Shown piece after piece: positions 7,791-17,937 of a stretch of DNA of 29,721 nt. This stretch comes from Deltaproteobacteria bacterium. GTDB lineage: Bacteria > SAR324 > NAC60-12. Made by a program: the position numbers and the translations under genes. The notes under the pieces are model-generated. The model ran no database searches and was not told the origin of the DNA. It saw only the letters and a program-made list of their open reading frames with translations. Position 1 is the stretch's first letter; every line of letters starts with the position of its first letter. The stretch lies in NCBI GenBank assembly GCA_038150265.1, contig JAYOTF010000040.1, forward strand, positions 1-29,721. Reading direction: 5' to 3'.

Positions 7791-9482
7791 ATGTCCCACC
7801 GTTCGTTTCGCTGGAGCGCGCTCCTGGCTTTGCTGGCCCTGCTGTTCAGCCTTCCTTTTCTGGCCCTGATTGGACTGGCGGTTCAGGCGGAGCAGACGGT
7901 GTGGGGGCACCTGTGGCAAACGGTGATGCCCGGGTACCTGTTCAACTCCCTCCACCTGGCCCTGCTGGTTGGGCTGGGAACGCTGCTGCTGGGAGTGGGA
8001 AGCGGCTGGCTGGTCGCCATGTACGACTTCCCTGGGCGCCGCTGGTTTGAGTGGGCCCTGCTGCTTCCGCTGGCCTACCCGGGTTACATTGTGGCCATGG
8101 TCTACATGGAGCTGCTGGATTACGCTGGGCCGGTGCAACGCACGCTCCGGGGCTGGTTTGGCTGGAAGACGCCCCGAGACTACTGGTTCCCGGAGGTGGC
8201 CTCGGTGGGAGGCGCAGGAGTGATGCTGACGCTGGTGCTCTACCCCTACGTGTACCTGCTCGCCCGGACGGCGTTTCAGCAACAAGCCGGCGTGCTGCTG
8301 GAGGCGAGCCGCATGCTCGGACGCTCGCGCCGCAGCAGCTTCTGGCGCGTGGGCCTGCCTCTGGCCCGCCCTGCCATCATTGTGGGCGTTTCGCTGGTCC
8401 TGATGGAGACGCTGGCTGATTTTGGCACCGTGCAGCTGTTTGCGGTCCAGACGTTCACCACCGGCATCTACCACACCTGGTTTGGCACCAACAACCCCTC
8501 TGGTGCCGCCCAGCTCGCCCTCTCCCTTCTGGCCTGTGTGGTCCTGCTGGTGGCCCTGGAACGGCACTCCCGGAAGCTGCAAAAGAGCCAGTCCCGGAAC
8601 CTCGTGGTCCGGCCGTTTCCCCGTCGGGTGCCTGCGCGTCCGAAGCAGTGGCTGGCCGTGCTGGCGTGCCTGGCTCCGCTGAGCCTGGGGTTCCTGCTGC
8701 CCAGTGCGATGCTGCTGATGTGGACCTGGCAGTCCTTTGCCCGCGTCCACCTTGACGCATTTGCCGAAGATGCGCTGCACAGCCTCTTGCTGGCGGCGTT
8801 TGCCGCCGGATGCGCCGTGCTGCTGGGGCTCTTCCTCAGCTACGGCCTGCGCCTCAAGACCCAACGGTCGCTGCGGTGGGTGGTGCGGTTGGTGAGCCTG
8901 GGGTATGCCATTCCGGGGCCTGTGGTGGCGCTGGGTGTGCTGCTGCCCTTTTCGTGGCTGGACCGCGAGTGGCTGAATCCGCAGCTGGAGGCGTGGCTGG
9001 GCTGGAAGGCCACCTACCTGCTGAGTGGCACCGTGCTGGTGCTGCTGTTCGCCTACCTGGTCCGCTTCCTGTCCCTTGCGTTCGGGACCGTGGAGGCCGG
9101 GCTGAATGGAATCACTCCGGGGATGGATGAAGCGAGCCGCATGCTGGGACGGAATTCACGCCAGACGCTGAGGGAAATCCACTTGCCCCTGCTCCGACGC
9201 AGCATCCTGACCGCGTCGCTGCTGGTGTTTGTGGATGTCATGAAGGAGCTTCCGGCCACGCTGATGCTCCGTCCGTTCAACTTTGGCACCCTGGCGACCC
9301 GAGCCTTTGGGTATGCCGCAGAAGAGCGCCTGCAGCAGGCGTCTCTGTGGTGCCTGACGATTGTGGCCTTTGGGCTCGTTCCCCTCGTTTTGACCAACTG
9401 GAAGATGCGGTCGGCTTCCGAGCGAGCCACCGCGCCTCCCTCCCACCGCCTGAGTCCGGTGGCTGACCCCGCAGAGAGCTGA
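7791..9482 (+). CDS. fbpB: Fe3+-type ABC transporter permease (FbpB/FutB-like, two permease domains)
   Basis: FPGRRWFEWALLLPLAYPGY, LYPYVYLLAR, two EAA loops (EASRMLG), METLADFG, DVMKELPATLMLRPFNFGTLA. Start 7791 (or TTG 7788). Confidence 0.9.
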   Translation: MSHRSFRWSALLALLALLFSLPFLALIGLAVQAEQTVWGHLWQTVMPGYLFNSLHLALLVGLGTLLLGVGSGWLVAMYDFPGRRWFEWALLLPLAYPGYIVAMVYMELLDYAGPVQRTLRGWFGWKTPRDYWFPEVASVGGAGVMLTLVLYPYVYLLARTAFQQQAGVLLEASRMLGRSRRSSFWRVGLPLARPAIIVGVSLVLMETLADFGTVQLFAVQTFTTGIYHTWFGTNNPSGAAQLALSLLACVVLLVALERHSRKLQKSQSRNLVVRPFPRRVPARPKQWLAVLACLAPLSLGFLLPSAMLLMWTWQSFARVHLDAFAEDALHSLLLAAFAAGCAVLLGLFLSYGLRLKTQRSLRWVVRLVSLGYAIPGPVVALGVLLPFSWLDREWLNPQLEAWLGWKATYLLSGTVLVLLFAYLVRFLSLAFGTVEAGLNGITPGMDEASRMLGRNSRQTLREIHLPLLRRSILTASLLVFVDVMKELPATLMLRPFNFGTLATRAFGYAAEERLQQASLWCLTIVAFGLVPLVLTNWKMRSASERATAPPSHRLSPVADPAES

Positions 9483-9483
9483 C

Positions 9484-10542
9484 ATGATCCGTTGCGAATC
9501 CCTATTCAAGTCCTATGGCGCTGTTCAGGCGGTCCAGGGGGTCAACTTTGAGGTGGCGTCTCAGGAATTCATTGCCATCCTGGGGCCCTCCGGGTGTGGC
9601 AAGTCGACGCTGCTCCGCCTGGTCGCAGGATTGGAGGAGCCGGATGCCGGGCACCTGTACCTGCGGGGTCAGGAAATCTCTGGGCCACGTCAGTTGGTGC
9701 CTCCGGAGAACCGCCGGTTTGGGATGGTGTTTCAGGACTTTGCCCTCTTTCCGCACATGTCGGTTTCCGCCAACATCGCCTACGGCCTCAGCGGGGCGCG
9801 CTCCGAAAAGCAGGCGCGGGTGCAGGAGCTGCTGACCCTCGTGGGCCTGCCGCATCTGGCAGACAAGATGCCTCACATGATCAGCGGCGGTGAGCAGCAG
9901 CGCATTGCCGTGGCCCGGGCCCTTGCTCCCCGACCGCAGCTGATCCTGATGGATGAGCCCTTCAGCAACCTCGATTACCAGCTTCGGGTGCAGCTCCGGC
10001 GAGACATCCGGAGGATCCTCAAGCAGGAAGGCGTGGCCGCCTTGCTGGTGACCCACGACCAGACGGAGGCGATTACGTTTTCGGACCGGGTCTTCCTCAT
10101 GTACGCGGGAGAGTTGGTGCAGACCGGAGTTCCGGAGGTGGTGTACCGGCACCCGAAGAACCTGTGGGCCGCCAGCTTTGTTGGCGAGGCGAACTTCCTG
10201 GAGGTCTCCCATGCCTCCGGAAGTCCGGAAACGTCGCTGGGACCACTGGGCGCCTCCGGAGTCGGAAGCCTGGCCCGACGCCTCATGGTGCGTCCGGAGG
10301 AGATCCGCCTCGAGGTGCCGAGCCGTGCGGAAGACGCCCGGGCGGTCGTCCGGGAGGTCGAGTTCAGCGGGCCCGTGAAGGTGGTGGAGATTGAGATGAA
10401 GGATGGCCAGCGCCTCAGTGTGCACACGTCTCCCCAGAGCAACTGGAATCCCGGAGAAGGCGTCACACCGGTGCTGGACCGCTACCTGCTGTTTGATGCG
10501 TCCGGAACCCTGCTGGAGTCGCCAACCGGAGCAGCGGGCTAG
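9484..10542 (+). CDS. fbpC: Fe3+/PotA-type ABC transporter ATP-binding protein
   Basis: Walker [44 protein letters not shown]-terminal TOBE-like region. Confidence 0.9.
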   Translation: MIRCESLFKSYGAVQAVQGVNFEVASQEFIAILGPSGCGKSTLLRLVAGLEEPDAGHLYLRGQEISGPRQLVPPENRRFGMVFQDFALFPHMSVSANIAYGLSGARSEKQARVQELLTLVGLPHLADKMPHMISGGEQQRIAVARALAPRPQLILMDEPFSNLDYQLRVQLRRDIRRILKQEGVAALLVTHDQTEAITFSDRVFLMYAGELVQTGVPEVVYRHPKNLWAASFVGEANFLEVSHASGSPETSLGPLGASGVGSLARRLMVRPEEIRLEVPSRAEDARAVVREVEFSGPVKVVEIEMKDGQRLSVHTSPQSNWNPGEGVTPVLDRYLLFDASGTLLESPTGAAG

Positions 10543-12224
10543 ACGAGCTCGGTCTGCTGAATGCGGGCGCCGATGTACTTCTTCTGCAACTCCTGGAAGG
10601 GCTCCAGGTGCTGGACGTACGGCGTGTAGTAGATGTTGAGGTTCCCGCGGTCCGTGTCTTCCCAGAAGGTGGGGCCGGAAAACTTGAGCCGCATGAAGAT
10701 CATGCCCATGGTCTTGTGAAACAGCTCCTCTCCCATCAGATCCCAGTCCTGCAGGGTGTCTTCTGCAATTTCCTCAGCCCACTGATGTTCCCCCTCTTCC
10801 AGGTAGTAGAGCGCCAGTCCAATGTGGAGGAGGCGGACGCCGACGTTTTTGCTGAAGAAGTTCTTGGCAAACTCGTGGTCCACGTTCTGGAAGTTGTCGA
10901 GCATGAGGAACTGCTCCAGGAGCCCTTTCTGGGCTTCACGGTCCCACTGCCGCTGGTGGAGGGCAATGAGGAGCTTCTGCATCTCGACCGCGAGGGTGTC
11001 GAGGATGAAGCCCAGGGCCATGGCCTGTGGGGCCGCATTGAAGCACTGGAGCGCGTAGAAACCGAAGTGCCGGAAGCAGGTCTTCAGGCCTTCCCGGTTG
11101 TCTTGAGCGACCAGGTGTCCGGCAAACTGGCCGTAGTGGAAGACGAGGTTGTAGAGGTTCCGGGGCTCGTTGTGCGCCTGAGCCTGCTTGAGCGCAAAGC
11201 GGAAGTGCGTGTTGAACCGGACGGTGAGGAGGTCGATGAGGATCTCGTCTTCTTGTGTCACGACTTCTTTGCCAATGTGGTTGAGCTGCTCGGCACAGAG
11301 GGTGGAAAGGTCAAACTGCCCGCCTTCGAGGAAGGTGATGTAGGCATTGCCAATCAACCGGAGGCTCTTTTGCTCAAAGAAGGTCTGCTTTTCCTCCAAC
11401 TCACCCAGGAGCCCCTGCATGGTCCGGAATGAGATGTCGTCCCGAGCCTTGGGGCTGATGCGGAAGAAGTCCCGTGGAAACTGGGGCTTGAGCTGGATGT
11501 AGCGGGTGATCAGCTTGCCCATGCCCTCGATGATCATCGCCTTGGGTTCCTTGTAAGGCACATAAATCAGCAGGTCCATGAGCTGATTGAGCGTCTCGAA
11601 GAGCTGAATCTGCTGCTGCTGAACCACCCGAACCGGCAGGGACTTGTCGGGCCCCTGACGGGCCAGGGCGTCCAGGGTTTCATGGGTGTTCCGGAAGAGG
11701 GCGTCAATGACGTTTGCGGTCTTGGTGGACTTGAGGGACAGCAGGATGAAGGGGAAGCTGACAAAGACGAAGGACGGGAGCAGGAAGTGGTAGTTGAAGA
11801 CCACACTGGCAGGATAAGGCAGCCCCAGCTCCGGATAGAGCTTGATGGTCAGCGAGTGGGCCATGCACCCGAGGGACCACCAGACCAGCAGGAGGCTGGG
11901 GCGGTCTTCCATGTAGAGGTCAATGAGCTTGGGGGTGCTGGTGGCGGCAAAGGTGATGACCACCGTCAGGCTCCCCAGCAGCATGGTGACGTATGACAGC
12001 CACACGATGGGGGCAAAGACCGTGTCCAGGTTGGTCCAGTTGGGAGCCCACCTGGAGAGGAACGCCGCGTAGTGGGGGAAGATCCAGAGCGCAAAGATCC
12101 GGTCAGCCGCGATCAGCACACTGAAGCTGATTGCGGCCATGCGCAGAGAGAGGCTGGAAGTGAGAAGCAGTCGAAGCGCCTGAGCCGCTCGCTCGAAGGG
12201 AGCGGGGGAGGCCTGCGTGGCCAT
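10539..12224 (-). CDS. Hypothetical membrane protein (about 4 N-terminal TM helices plus a large helical soluble domain; DUF2254-like topology)
   Basis: Long ORF with typical codon bias; ATG at 12224 lies 1 nt after the rpoZ stop; TPKLIDLY motif between TM helices. Confidence 0.8.
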   Translation of the reverse strand: MATQASPAPFERAAQALRLLLTSSLSLRMAAISFSVLIAADRIFALWIFPHYAAFLSRWAPNWTNLDTVFAPIVWLSYVTMLLGSLTVVITFAATSTPKLIDLYMEDRPSLLLVWWSLGCMAHSLTIKLYPELGLPYPASVVFNYHFLLPSFVFVSFPFILLSLKSTKTANVIDALFRNTHETLDALARQGPDKSLPVRVVQQQQIQLFETLNQLMDLLIYVPYKEPKAMIIEGMGKLITRYIQLKPQFPRDFFRISPKARDDISFRTMQGLLGELEEKQTFFEQKSLRLIGNAYITFLEGGQFDLSTLCAEQLNHIGKEVVTQEDEILIDLLTVRFNTHFRFALKQAQAHNEPRNLYNLVFHYGQFAGHLVAQDNREGLKTCFRHFGFYALQCFNAAPQAMALGFILDTLAVEMQKLLIALHQRQWDREAQKGLLEQFLMLDNFQNVDHEFAKNFFSKNVGVRLLHIGLALYYLEEGEHQWAEEIAEDTLQDWDLMGEELFHKTMGMIFMRLKFSGPTFWEDTDRGNLNIYYTPYVQHLEPFQELQKKYIGARIQQTELV

Positions 12225-12225
12225 C

Positions 12226-12453
12226 TTAGCGGGCGTTGGGATCGGTCGCTGTTTTGCGGAGCATCTTGATGGAGCCCTGGTTGGCCTCGCCAATGGCCTG
12301 GAAGGTTGGTTTGTGGTTGAGGGCAGCCTTGGCCGCTTCATCCAGCGTGTAGAGGGCCTTGGCCCGCTTGGAGGTCATCAGGACCTTCTCAAACAGGTTG
12401 GCATTTTCGGGGTCGCTGTGCTCCTCAATGAAGCGAAGGTAGTCTTGGCTCAT
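12226..12453 (-). CDS. rpoZ: RNA polymerase omega subunit (divergent)
   Basis: 75 aa; NLFEKVLMTSKRAKAL resembles omega NRFxLVxxAAKRARQL, and HKPTFQAIGEANQGSI resembles KPTVxALxEIxxGKI. Confidence 0.72.
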   Translation of the reverse strand: MSQDYLRFIEEHSDPENANLFEKVLMTSKRAKALYTLDEAAKAALNHKPTFQAIGEANQGSIKMLRKTATDPNAR

Positions 12454-12479
12454 GGTGTCTTCTGGAAAGGGGTCGCAGG

Positions 12480-13154
12480 TTAAAGAGAGATCAACAGCTG
12501 TTCCGCCTCATCCCGAAACATGGAGTTGGGAGCGGTATTGATGAGTTCCTCCAGGGTGCTTCGGGCCGCCTCTGCATCGCCCTGCTCCAGAGCGACCAGG
12601 GCCTGCTCACGGAGCCGAACGTCTCCCCAGCCGTCTCCTGAAATCTGCTGGAGGTCGGCCTTGGCCTCGTCCCAGCGGTCTTGAGCCGCGTGCAGCTTCG
12701 CCAGGTTCAGGTGCGCCAGGTTCCGGAGGAGGGAGGAGTCCTGAGCCAGGGAGCGTGCTTCCGTAAAGCGCTGCTCAGCGGCGTCCCATTCGCCCGACTG
12801 CAGGTGCATGCTGCCCAGCTCGAGGCGGATCACCACTGCCAGCAGGCCGTCCTGAATCTTTCCTGCCACATGCTCCAGCGCCGTCTTGCCGCGGGCCATG
12901 CGATCAGCAGGGGCAAGGCTCGGGTCCCGGAGGATCTTCTCTGCTGCATGGTAGAGGTTCGCCCGCTCAATCTGCTGGGCTTCCTGGTACTTCCAAAGTC
13001 CCCACCCGGCAATAATGAGAACCACTCCAGCAACAGCCACGCCAATGTACAGTTGGCGCTGACGGTAAACCCGGTCAGCGAGAGCATAAAGTGCTTTTTC
13101 AACGGGATCCGGTTTTTTGAGATCCTCGTCTCTTACAATGGGTTTGGCGCTCAT
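12480..13154 (-). CDS. YfgM-like membrane-anchored TPR protein (ancillary SecYEG subunit family)
   Basis: N-terminal DEDLKKPD, single TM (IGVAVAGVVLIIAGWGLW), then TPR-like helices (LAHLNLAKL, GDAEAARSTLEELINTAPNS). ATG at 13154. Confidence 0.78.
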   Translation of the reverse strand: MSAKPIVRDEDLKKPDPVEKALYALADRVYRQRQLYIGVAVAGVVLIIAGWGLWKYQEAQQIERANLYHAAEKILRDPSLAPADRMARGKTALEHVAGKIQDGLLAVVIRLELGSMHLQSGEWDAAEQRFTEARSLAQDSSLLRNLAHLNLAKLHAAQDRWDEAKADLQQISGDGWGDVRLREQALVALEQGDAEAARSTLEELINTAPNSMFRDEAEQLLISL

Positions 13155-13583
13155 GAAAGGCTCAGGAATTGGAGAGGTCAGGGGCCTGCACACCGGGCGC
13201 AGGGAGATTCGGCAAATTTTTTATCCTAAGAAGGAGTCGATCGGGATTCAAGCTAAAAGACAGCTTTTTTCGCGAAACAATCCGGAAGGTTACGGGGAGA
13301 AGCGGGGGGCGGGGTGGGGAGTTTGGTGAAAATTGGCTGCAGAAAGAAGAGGCTGGCCTGATCTGTGCAAGATGTCTCCATACAGACCACCTGGCGAGTC
13401 GCTCAGGTGGAGGGCAAGAAGAGCCGGCCGGAAATGCCGTCCTTGGCAGAAGTACCTCCTTGGAAGGGATCGGCTCTTCTTGCAGAACCTCAACTTGTCT
13501 GAAACAAAGCAACTCCTGAACCACCTGCAAAATGCTCAGGTGGATTCCCACCAGATTTTTCACCCCTCCGATTTTTTCCCTAA

Positions 13584-13766
13584 TCAGTTGAGCTTGTTAG
13601 CGCCTGCAATTTCCTGGAGCTTTTGACGCCGCTGCTGAAAGGCCTGCTGCGCCCGACGTTGGTCCAGGAGGTTTTTGCCGTAAGCGAGGAGCTTGAGGAG
13701 CTGCAGCACGCCCACTCCTGAAAGAATCCACACCGTGTTGGCCTCCAACCACTCCGGCGAGATCAT
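13584..13766 (-). CDS. Small hypothetical membrane protein (60 aa)
   Basis: ATGA overlap with the hisC stop; one hydrophobic helix followed by a Gln/Arg-rich tail. Confidence 0.6.
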   Translation of the reverse strand: MISPEWLEANTVWILSGVGVLQLLKLLAYGKNLLDQRRAQQAFQQRRQKLQEIAGANKLN

Positions 13767-14836
13767 GTCACCACCAGCTGAGACACTTGCAGGTACTCCC
13801 GGAAGATTTCGATGAAGCGCTCCACCTCCGGGAGCATGCGGACGTTGAGGCGGAAGGTGTGGGCAATGGGGGGACGCATCGGACGAACCAGCACCCCGTG
13901 TTCCTTGAGGAACCGGATTGCATCCGGAGCATCCGGAGGTTCCACCAGCATGAAGTTGGCCCCGCCTTGGTAGAAGCGAACTTCCTCGTCCTCAAAAAAC
14001 TGCTCCAGCGCAGGCTTGGCTTCTTCCATCAGGTGCTGCACCCGCTGCCGAATCACCGGCAGGGCGTTCAGGGCCGCGTGTCCAGCGACCACGGAAAGCA
14101 TGTTCACGTCATAAGGCCCCCGGATTTTGGACAGCTCGGCCAAAAATTCCGGTTGGGCCACCACGTACCCCAGCCGGAGCCCCGGAAGGGCAAAGGCCTT
14201 GGAGAAGGTCCGGAGCACCACCAGGTTCGGGAAACGCTTCAGGAGGGGGACCGCGGTGAGTCCGTTGAACTCGAAGTAGGCCTCATCCACGAGCACAGCG
14301 CAGTCGGGAAACTGGGTGAGCAGGTGCTCCACTGCCTCAAGTGGAACAACCGTGCCGGTCGGGTTGTTGGGGCTGATGACAACGATCAGGCGGGTTCGGG
14401 CATCGACCGCGTCCTGCACGGCTTCCAGAGGAAACGCGAAGGTGTCGAGCGGAAATTGAGGCGCGCGGTGTTCAGCGCCGAGCGTTTGGGCCACCTGGGC
14501 AAACATGGCAAAGCCCGGAACCGGCATCACAAAGTTGTCCCCGGGCTCCAGCAGGGCGCGCATCACCAACTCAATGCCCTGATCCGATCCGTTGGTGATC
14601 AGCACCTGCTCTTCCGGAACCCCAACGTAGGCGCCAAGGTCCTGCAGAAAGGTGCCGTAGCTGGGGTAAAGGTGCAGGCGCTCCTGACTCAGAAAGTGCT
14701 GAAGGGCCTCTGTGACGCCGGGCGGTGGGGGCAGCGGGGACTCGTTGAAGTCCATCAGCAGGTACTGGTCCGGGTTGCGTCCCTCAAGAGGGGGCGTGTA
14801 GTGCCCCATCTGGGCAATGGCCTTCCGTACACGCAT
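13763..14836 (-). CDS. hisC: Histidinol-phosphate aminotransferase
   Basis: DFNESP, TNGSDQGI, SPNNPTG, VDEAYFEF, LRTFSKAFALPGLRLGY (PLP lysine), ANFMLV. Confidence 0.85.
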   Translation of the reverse strand: MRVRKAIAQMGHYTPPLEGRNPDQYLLMDFNESPLPPPPGVTEALQHFLSQERLHLYPSYGTFLQDLGAYVGVPEEQVLITNGSDQGIELVMRALLEPGDNFVMPVPGFAMFAQVAQTLGAEHRAPQFPLDTFAFPLEAVQDAVDARTRLIVVISPNNPTGTVVPLEAVEHLLTQFPDCAVLVDEAYFEFNGLTAVPLLKRFPNLVVLRTFSKAFALPGLRLGYVVAQPEFLAELSKIRGPYDVNMLSVVAGHAALNALPVIRQRVQHLMEEAKPALEQFFEDEEVRFYQGGANFMLVEPPDAPDAIRFLKEHGVLVRPMRPPIAHTFRLNVRMLPEVERFIEIFREYLQVSQLVVT

Positions 14837-14839
14837 GGC

Positions 14840-17716
14840 TCAGTCCCGGTACGCGTCCACGGTGGGGCAGGAGCAGACGACGTTGCGGTCCCCATAAACG
14901 TTGTCCACACGGGCCACTGCAGGCCAGTACTTGTTCGCACGCAGGCCTGGCACCGGGAAGGCCGCCTCTTCGCGGGTGTAGGGATGCGGCCACTCGGTGT
15001 CCATCACATCGTCGAGGGTGTGCGGCGCATGCTTGAGCGGACTTTCCTCAACCGCCCATGTTCCGGAGGCAACCGCGTCAATCTCCTTCCGGATGGCAAT
15101 CATGGCCTCACAGAAGCGATCCAGCTCTTCCTTGGGCTCACTTTCGGTCGGCTCAATCATCAGCGTTCCTGCCACCGGCCACGACATCGTGGGGGCATGG
15201 AAGCCGTAGTCCATCAAACGCTTGGCAACATCTTCTTCCGTGATGCCCTGAGCCTTGAAGGGCCGGAGGTCGATGATGCACTCGTGAGCGACCCGTCCAT
15301 TTTTTCCGGTGTAGAGGACCTCGAAGGAACCCTTCAGGCGCGTGGCCAGGTAATTGGCATTGAGGATGGCCACCTCAGAAGCCTGCCGAAGCCCGGTGGC
15401 GCCCATCATCCGGATGTAGGCCCAGGAGATGGGGAGGATGCTGGGGCTGCCCCAGGGAGCCGCAGAGACCGCTGATTCCGGAGTCGGCTCCTTCGGCGGC
15501 ACCACCACGTGTCCCGGCATGAACGGCGCCAGGTGGGCCTTCAGGCCGATGGGGCCCATGCCCGGACCGCCTCCGCCATGAGGGATGCAGAAGGTCTTGT
15601 GCAGGTTCATGTGCATCACATCCGGACCAAACTTCCCGGGTTGGGCCAGGCCGACCAGGGCATTCAGGTTCGCTCCGTCCATGTACACCTGCCCGCCGTG
15701 CTGGTGAATCAGTTCGCAGATGTCAACAATGGCTTCCTCAAAGACCCCATGGGTGGACGGGTAGGTAATCATCAGGGCGGCCAGCTCGTGAGAGTGCTTC
15801 TCCGCCTTGGCCCGGAGGTCCTCCACGTCCACGTTTCCGTGGGCATCGCACTCCACAATCACCACCTTCATGCCCTGCATGGCTGCGCTGGCAGGGTTGG
15901 TTCCATGAGCCGAGCTGGGAATGAGGCACACGTTCCGCTGCGCGTCTCCTCGGCTTTCATGCCACCTGCGGATCACAAGCAGGCCGGCGTACTCGCCCTG
16001 CGCCCCCGAGTTCGGTTGCATGGAAACAGCGTCAAAGCCCGTGATGGCGATCAGCATGGCTTCCAACTGCTCGAGGATTTGCTGATACCCTGCAGCCTGC
16101 TCCTTGGGGACAAACGGGTGCACCCGTCCCAACTCCGGCCAGGTGATCGGAATCATCTCTGTGGCGGCATTGAGCTTCATGGTGCAAGAACCCAGCGGAA
16201 TCATCGCCCGGTCCAGCGCAATGTCCTTGTCCATCAACTGACGCAGCAGGCGCATCATCTGGGTCTCCGACCGGTGGCGGTGGAAGACCGGGTGGGTGAG
16301 GAAGTCGGAAGTGCGGTGCAGCACCTTCGGAATCCCCGAGGTCCCCTCCTGCGCCACCGTGGCATCCAACGCCTCAACCGTGAACTCCGGAGCCTGTCCG
16401 GCCAGGAGGTTCCAGAGCAGCGAGACCTCTTCGGCGGTGGACGCTTCATCGAGGCTGATCCCGACCCGTTGGGCATCAACCGGACGCAGGTTGATCGCTG
16501 CAGCCTGAGCGCGTGCCAGCACCGCAGCGGCATCCGGAACCTGCACGGTCAAGGTGTCGAAGTAGGTGGCATTGGTGGCAAAGCCCAGCTTCCGGAGCCC
16601 TGCTGCCAGCACCGTGGTGAGGCGGTGGATGCGCTGGGCAATCCGGGTGAGGCCTTCCGGGCCATGGAAGATCGCATACGCCGCGGCGACATTGGCCAGC
16701 AGGACCTGCGCCGTGCAGATGTTACTGGTCGCCTTTTCTCGGCGGATGTGCTGCTCGCGCGTCTGCAGCGCCAAGCGGTAGGCCAGCTTGCCCCGCCGGT
16801 CGATGGACACCCCGATCAGGCGCCCGGGCACCGAACGCTTGTGGGCGTCCCGGACCGCAAAGAAGGCGGCGTGGGGCCCGCCGTATCCCATGGGGACCCC
16901 AAAGCGTTGGGCGCTGCCGAGGACGACGTCTGCCCCTTGCTCGCCCGGAGGCGTCATCAGGGTCAGGGAGAGCAGGTCGGTGGCCACGGCCACCAGGGCT
17001 CCGCGCTCGTGCCAGCGGTCGGTCAGTTCCCGCAGGTCGTGGAGGTCTCCGTGGGTGCCCGGTGACTGAACCAGCACGCCAAAGGCGTCCGGGTGCTCAT
17101 CAGCGTTCCAGGGCTGTCCAATGACGAGTTCAATGCCCATTGGCTCCGCTCGTGTCTTGAGGACGTCAAGGGTCTGGGGGTGGCAGTCTTCGGCAACAAG
17201 GAAGGTGGAGCTCTTGCTGCGGTTGACGCGTTTGCAGAAGGTCATGGCTTCTGCGGCCGCGGTGGCTTCATCGAGCAGCGACGCATTGGCCACATCCATC
17301 CCGGTCAGGTCCATGATCATCTGCTGGAAGTTGAGCAGCATCTCCATGCGTCCCTGAGAGATCTCAGCCTGGTATGGGGTGTAAGCGGTGTACCAGCCCG
17401 GATTTTCCAGCAGGTTCCGGAGGATCACGCTGGGGGTGAGGGTGTCGGCATAGCCCATGCCAATGAGGGAGCGGGTGGGCGCGTTCTGCTGCGCCAGCGC
17501 CTTGAGCTCCGCGAGGGCCTGGGCCTCTGGGCAACTGTCTGGAAGGTTCAGCTCGCCGGGCATCCGAATTCCTTCCGGTACCGCTTCCTGGATCAACGTG
17601 TTCAGGTCCTGGGCGTCAATGGCCTCCAGCATCAGCTGCTGTTCAGAAGCCGAGGGGCCAATGTGGCGTTGCAGAAAGTCGTCGTGTTGGGAAAGGTCGG
17701 AGAGGCGAAGCGTCAT
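14840..17716 (-). CDS. gcvP: Glycine dehydrogenase (decarboxylating), glycine cleavage P protein, single-chain
   Basis: [93 protein letters not shown] at 17716. Confidence 0.97.
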   Translation of the reverse strand: MTLRLSDLSQHDDFLQRHIGPSASEQQLMLEAIDAQDLNTLIQEAVPEGIRMPGELNLPDSCPEAQALAELKALAQQNAPTRSLIGMGYADTLTPSVILRNLLENPGWYTAYTPYQAEISQGRMEMLLNFQQMIMDLTGMDVANASLLDEATAAAEAMTFCKRVNRSKSSTFLVAEDCHPQTLDVLKTRAEPMGIELVIGQPWNADEHPDAFGVLVQSPGTHGDLHDLRELTDRWHERGALVAVATDLLSLTLMTPPGEQGADVVLGSAQRFGVPMGYGGPHAAFFAVRDAHKRSVPGRLIGVSIDRRGKLAYRLALQTREQHIRREKATSNICTAQVLLANVAAAYAIFHGPEGLTRIAQRIHRLTTVLAAGLRKLGFATNATYFDTLTVQVPDAAAVLARAQAAAINLRPVDAQRVGISLDEASTAEEVSLLWNLLAGQAPEFTVEALDATVAQEGTSGIPKVLHRTSDFLTHPVFHRHRSETQMMRLLRQLMDKDIALDRAMIPLGSCTMKLNAATEMIPITWPELGRVHPFVPKEQAAGYQQILEQLEAMLIAITGFDAVSMQPNSGAQGEYAGLLVIRRWHESRGDAQRNVCLIPSSAHGTNPASAAMQGMKVVIVECDAHGNVDVEDLRAKAEKHSHELAALMITYPSTHGVFEEAIVDICELIHQHGGQVYMDGANLNALVGLAQPGKFGPDVMHMNLHKTFCIPHGGGGPGMGPIGLKAHLAPFMPGHVVVPPKEPTPESAVSAAPWGSPSILPISWAYIRMMGATGLRQASEVAILNANYLATRLKGSFEVLYTGKNGRVAHECIIDLRPFKAQGITEEDVAKRLMDYGFHAPTMSWPVAGTLMIEPTESEPKEELDRFCEAMIAIRKEIDAVASGTWAVEESPLKHAPHTLDDVMDTEWPHPYTREEAAFPVPGLRANKYWPAVARVDNVYGDRNVVCSCPTVDAYRD

Positions 17717-17937
17717 AGGGCTACAGAAGTGGAGGTGATGAAGCGGGGAGTTTCGCGGCTGATCACAACCGATGAACCCTAAAACGCTACCAGACCCCCC
17801 GCGCAAAAACAAAGCAATCCCGGCCTTCCAGAAACTTTCCGGATTCCCTTGTTTTGGGGCGCATTCCCATTAGACTGCTCTGGCCAAATGGGGGCATCCC
17901 CGGCGCATCACCGCGAACTCAGAGGCAGGAGGAGGGT

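Noticed and set aside
7158..8864. Long antisense ORFs (also 13787-15475, 15509-17065, 23826-25643, 2121-3167, 3868-4977)
   Set aside because: Shadow frames of well-supported genes in high-GC DNA, with no recognisable motifs.
13763..14836. Possible threonine-phosphate decarboxylase of B12 synthesis rather than HisC
   Set aside because: The DFNESP, GSDQGI and RTFSKAF motifs fit HisC better, and the gene is coupled to gcvP, not the cob cluster.
17717..17937. Glycine riboswitch upstream of gcvP
   Set aside because: No GGAGA...CCGAAG...CTCTCAGG aptamer pattern visible on the minus strand.
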